IMG/VR virus record: IMGVR_UViG_3300022074_000047
Location: 1-56,553 of that record
Reading direction: 5' to 3' (one strand)
From: a virus
Taxonomy: Duplodnaviria > Caudoviricetes
Length of the DNA: 56,553 nt
The notes under the pieces: generated by a model
What the model was told of the DNA's origin: nothing
What the model saw: the letters and a program-made list of their open reading frames with translations, nothing else
The model's database searches: none
Program-made: the position numbers and the translations under genes
Shown: positions 53,373 through 56,553 of the stretch, piece by piece
Layout of the letters: each line of letters starts with the position of its first letter
Numbering within the stretch: position 1 is the stretch's first letter

Positions 53373-53744
53373 ATGACCAAAACATTTATAACAGATAAGG
53401 ATGGGGCAACCATAGATGCGTCTACTGCAACTGTGCCATCTGACAGACATTTTAGAAACGCATGGAAGCTCAGTGGTTCTGTGATATCCGAAGACATGAC
53501 GGAGGCTAAAAAGATATTTAAAGACAAGATCAGAGAAGTCAGAAAGCCTTTGTTAGAAGCTGAAGATGTAACCTACATGAAAGCATTAGAAGCTGATGAC
53601 GCATCGGCTAAAACAGCATCTGTAAACAAGAAGAAAGCATTGAGAGATGCCCCTGCTGCAAAAGCTATAGATGATGCAGACACGATAGCTAAACTAAAAG
53701 CTGCTTGGGATACAAGCACATTGGGTACAAGCCCTTACGCATGA
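53373..53744 (+). CDS. tail-fibre assembly chaperone-like protein
   Basis: VPSDRHFRNAW, IREVRKPLL..ED, KKALRDAP; start moved to ATG 53373 (SD AGGAG). Confidence 0.6.
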   Translation: MTKTFITDKDGATIDASTATVPSDRHFRNAWKLSGSVISEDMTEAKKIFKDKIREVRKPLLEAEDVTYMKALEADDASAKTASVNKKKALRDAPAAKAIDDADTIAKLKAAWDTSTLGTSPYA

Positions 53745-53753
53745 GGTAAATAA

Positions 53754-54281
53754 ATGGCTTTAACTAAAGTTAGAGGTCTAGGTCTAGGCACACTAGATGA
53801 CAACCTTACATTTAGCACGGCAGGTAAAGGTGTGCATTTAGGTGTTACCTCTGCTACATCTTCTAATTTACTTGATGATTATGAGGAGGGTACATTTACA
53901 CCTGCTTTTGCTCAATCAGGTGCTACCATAGGTTATTCAACACAAGCAGGTAATTATACAAAAGTCGGTAGGTTAGTTCATGCTACAGCTAGACTTATTG
54001 TTTCATCTGTTTCTGGTGGAAGTGGAGCTATTACTATAACAGGACTTCCTTTTACTTCACTGTCAAGCCACGACCACTCTCCAGTTCTTTTTGCAACGGT
54101 GTTTAGTGGTTGGAGTTCAACAAATGCACCAAAGGCAGGATATATAAGTAATGGTTCAAGCACTATACAGGTAGTCACAAATGATTCATCTGATGCACGA
54201 GATGCACTAGATAGCTCTGTTACAAGTTTTGGTGACGGCTCTGTTGGTCTAATATTTGGTGCAATATATCCATCAGCATAA
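53754..54281 (+). CDS. tail fibre tip protein
   Basis: MALTKV start, LDDYEEGTFTP, GNYTKVGRLV, ITGLPF. Confidence 0.7.
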   Translation: MALTKVRGLGLGTLDDNLTFSTAGKGVHLGVTSATSSNLLDDYEEGTFTPAFAQSGATIGYSTQAGNYTKVGRLVHATARLIVSSVSGGSGAITITGLPFTSLSSHDHSPVLFATVFSGWSSTNAPKAGYISNGSSTIQVVTNDSSDARDALDSSVTSFGDGSVGLIFGAIYPSA

Positions 54282-54293
54282 AGGACATAAAAA

Positions 54294-54542
54294 ATGGCAA
54301 TAACAAAAGAAACAGTACAAGACAAAATAGAAGTCGTAGGTGACTTTAAAATGATACAAGTGCGAACAGCAACAGTGATAAAAGAAGATGGTGTTGAAAT
54401 ATCACGTTCTTACCATCGCCATGTTGTAGCACCAGACGCAGACATTACAAACGAGAGTGCTGATGTAAAAGCAATGGTGGCACAGTTTCATACAGATGCA
54501 GTAAAGAAAGCATACGCTGACCACTTAGTAAAGGCAGGATAA
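54294..54542 (+). CDS. small fibre-associated chaperone-like protein
   Basis: QVRTATVIKEDGVEISRSYHRHVV. Confidence 0.6.
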   Translation: MAITKETVQDKIEVVGDFKMIQVRTATVIKEDGVEISRSYHRHVVAPDADITNESADVKAMVAQFHTDAVKKAYADHLVKAG

Positions 54543-54546
54543 TTAA

Positions 54547-55011
54547 ATGCCCTACATAGGAAAAGCACCCAATCAAGGCGTTAGAACACGCTTTATATAC
54601 CAAGCCACAGCAGGGCAGACATCTTTCTCTGGTTCCGATGCTAATTCCAATACGCTCACATATTCAGATGGTGAGTATGTCGATGTATATCAGAATGGTA
54701 TATTATTAAAACCTGCCACTGACTATACAGCCACATCAGGTACAACAGTCGTGTTGGTCACAGGAGCATCAGCTAACGATGTAGTAGAGATAATAGTGTA
54801 CGACACCTTCAGCATAGCCAATAGTTATACCAAGGCAGAAGCAGACACACGGTATCCTTTCTTAGGTAACGACAGCATCATACGAACCAATGGTCAGACA
54901 ATCAGTGCTGACATAACAATTAGTAGCACAACCAACGCACTGTCAGCAGGACCTATTACAGTCGGTGCATCAGCAACGCTAACAGTTAATGGATTTTATA
55001 CAATATTATGA
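54547..55011 (+). CDS. tail fibre anchor/adaptor B (MPYIG family)
   Basis: MPYIG start; ATAGQTSF, DVYQNG..L...DYTA; C-terminal RTNGQT...NA.SAGPIT..IL. Confidence 0.65.
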   Translation: MPYIGKAPNQGVRTRFIYQATAGQTSFSGSDANSNTLTYSDGEYVDVYQNGILLKPATDYTATSGTTVVLVTGASANDVVEIIVYDTFSIANSYTKAEADTRYPFLGNDSIIRTNGQTISADITISSTTNALSAGPITVGASATLTVNGFYTIL

Positions 55012-55412
55012 CCAGTGAACTTAGAGTAGATAATTTAAAAGGTAGCACCACAGGTGGCAGTATAAATGTCTTGGGTGAAGGTACATCTGCGACTACCAAC
55101 TTACAGCAGGGGTTGGCGAAGGCTTGGGTGAACTTCAATGGCACTGGGACTGCTGCTATCAACGACAGCATGAATGTTGCCAGCTTAACCGATAATGGCA
55201 CTGGAGAATTTACATTTGCTTTTTCCAATTCCATGAACAATTCAACTTACTCAATTACTTCAACATCTGGTAGTTCTAATTCATGGTCATCCACAGAGTT
55301 TATCGGAGCATATGCTACTGGCAGTTTTAAGATAGAGACAGGAGCAACAAATAATTCTGCAAGGCATGATTGGAGCAGCAATAATGGTGCAATTCACGGA
55401 GATTTAGCATAA
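55008..55412 (+). CDS. tail fibre tip paralogue B1
   Basis: ATTNLQQGLAKAW ... HGDLA*. Confidence 0.7.
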   Translation: MTSELRVDNLKGSTTGGSINVLGEGTSATTNLQQGLAKAWVNFNGTGTAAINDSMNVASLTDNGTGEFTFAFSNSMNNSTYSITSTSGSSNSWSSTEFIGAYATGSFKIETGATNNSARHDWSSNNGAIHGDLA

Positions 55413-55906
55413 TGGCAAGTGAAATTAAAGTAGATACAATCGTCAATGCAGGGGGAGATAACGATACTGGGATTGACCTTGCGACTAATGACCAGATATT
55501 GCTGAAGGTAGCCAATGCTACAAAGCTAACCATGAACTCCACAGGACAGACCACTATCGTTGGAGAGGGTGGTACAACTACTACGAGTGTACAGCAGGGG
55601 TTGGCTAAACATTGGGTAAAATTTGCACCAGATGCTGCTGCTGATGACAGCTTAAACAATAGTAGCATTACAGATACTGCTGTTGGTAGATTTACTGTAA
55701 CTAGAACTAATAACATGGGAAATACTAATTACGTTGGACAAGTAAATGGTGAGTGGACGCATGGGTCAGATGCAGGTCTTGCTATTAACTCAGGAGATAA
55801 TAACACCCTTACAACTTCTGCTTATGGATGTATTTTTTACAATTCTAGTTTTGCTGAATATGACGTTGACGGTATGGCAGCATTATTTCACGGAGACTTA
55901 GCATAA
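55412..55906 (+). CDS. tail fibre tip paralogue B2
   Basis: TTTSVQQGLAKHW ... HGDLA*. Confidence 0.7.
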   Translation: MASEIKVDTIVNAGGDNDTGIDLATNDQILLKVANATKLTMNSTGQTTIVGEGGTTTTSVQQGLAKHWVKFAPDAAADDSLNNSSITDTAVGRFTVTRTNNMGNTNYVGQVNGEWTHGSDAGLAINSGDNNTLTTSAYGCIFYNSSFAEYDVDGMAALFHGDLA

Positions 55907-56304
55907 TGGCATCAACACTAAAAATTAATACATTAACAGGTGTCACCACAGCAGGGTCAATCGCTGTGACAGGCGAAGGGAATAGCACCACGACTAATCT
56001 GCAACAGGGGTTGTGCAAGGCTTGGTGTAGGTTTGACGATGGGTCTAGCTCGGATAGTTTCAATATTGCTTCTGTAACTGACCACGGAACTGGAGATTAT
56101 CAAGTGTTCATAGCCAATGATATGGCAAATGCTACTTACACAGCTTCATTAATGTTTGGAGAAAATGGAGGTTCAGGTATATTGAGAATAGGAAATAGAG
56201 ATTTAGCAGCAGGTAGTGTTGGGGTAGTGGGGACTAATGCAGCTATGGATTCTGCCCAAGATGTTAATCGTATTGGCATAGACGTAGCAGGAGATTTAGC
56301 ATGA
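55906..56304 (+). CDS. tail fibre tip paralogue B3
   Basis: TTTNLQQGLCKAW ... AGDLA*. Confidence 0.7.
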   Translation: MASTLKINTLTGVTTAGSIAVTGEGNSTTTNLQQGLCKAWCRFDDGSSSDSFNIASVTDHGTGDYQVFIANDMANATYTASLMFGENGGSGILRIGNRDLAAGSVGVVGTNAAMDSAQDVNRIGIDVAGDLA

Positions 56305-56553
56305 GCAAAGCAGCAGAATTAGCAAACCTTATAGGCAACATCAACGCAGGGGGTGGTGGAGTAAACAGGAATGTTATCATCAATGGTGCAATGAATGTAG
56401 CACAGAGAGGAACGTCAAGCACAGGCATTGGTGCATCTAGTGGGTATTTTGCTTGTGACAGATGGAAGATAACAACAGGCAATACAGCAGGACGTTTAAC
56501 CATGACACAGGACAGTTCTGCTCCTAGTGGATTTGCTAACAGCACAAAGTTAG
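56301..56553 (+). CDS. tail fibre/carbohydrate-binding protein, truncated by window end
   Basis: MSKAAELANLIG...NRNVIINGAMNVAQRGTS...DRW; open to the end of the window. Confidence 0.65.
   Translation, partial: MSKAAELANLIGNINAGGGGVNRNVIINGAMNVAQRGTSSTGIGASSGYFACDRWKITTGNTAGRLTMTQDSSAPSGFANSTKL

Noticed and set aside
51649-56304. Diversity-generating retroelement or invertible shufflon
   Set aside because: No reverse transcriptase or recombinase seen; repeats are short, direct and inside intact genes, with no adenine-specific TR/VR pair.

Overview
Near-complete, circularly permuted genome of a marine podovirus-type tailed phage; the window starts and ends inside the tail-fibre module. Almost everything is on the + strand; the only convincing minus-strand gene is a SNF2 helicase. 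Layout: tail nozzle and ejection proteins (0.1-14.4 kb); replication (SNF2 helicase, SSB, AEP primase, UvrD-like helicase, Leu762 DNA polymerase A; 14.3-22.9 kb); an early region of promoter-gene-terminator cassettes (22.9-30.6 kb); a non-coding repeat block with a perfect chromosomal-type parS site (30.6-31.1 kb); TerS, resolvase, TerL, a multidomain cargo-like gene and portal; lysis genes; GroES, scaffold and capsid; small basic proteins; adaptors; and two tail-fibre modules of three paralogues each. Gene content recalls uncultured alphaproteobacterial podoviruses of the HTVC023P/vSAG 37-F6 kind (from memory, not searched). I saw no integrase, RNA polymerase, tRNA, CRISPR array or reverse transcriptase. 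Main leads: (1) a small RNA whose seed is antisense to an AACTAC-RBS motif shared by six or seven phage genes, alongside a 16-bp operator regulon and an unannotated RHH regulator; (2) an orphan parS with no ParAB; (3) a recurring [MFYL]xxGGx[VIA] tag on ejection, cargo and basic proteins; (4) translationally coupled paralogue trios in the tail; (5) a segment-permuted gp88/DUF7227-like protein. All family names are motif recognition by eye, not database hits.
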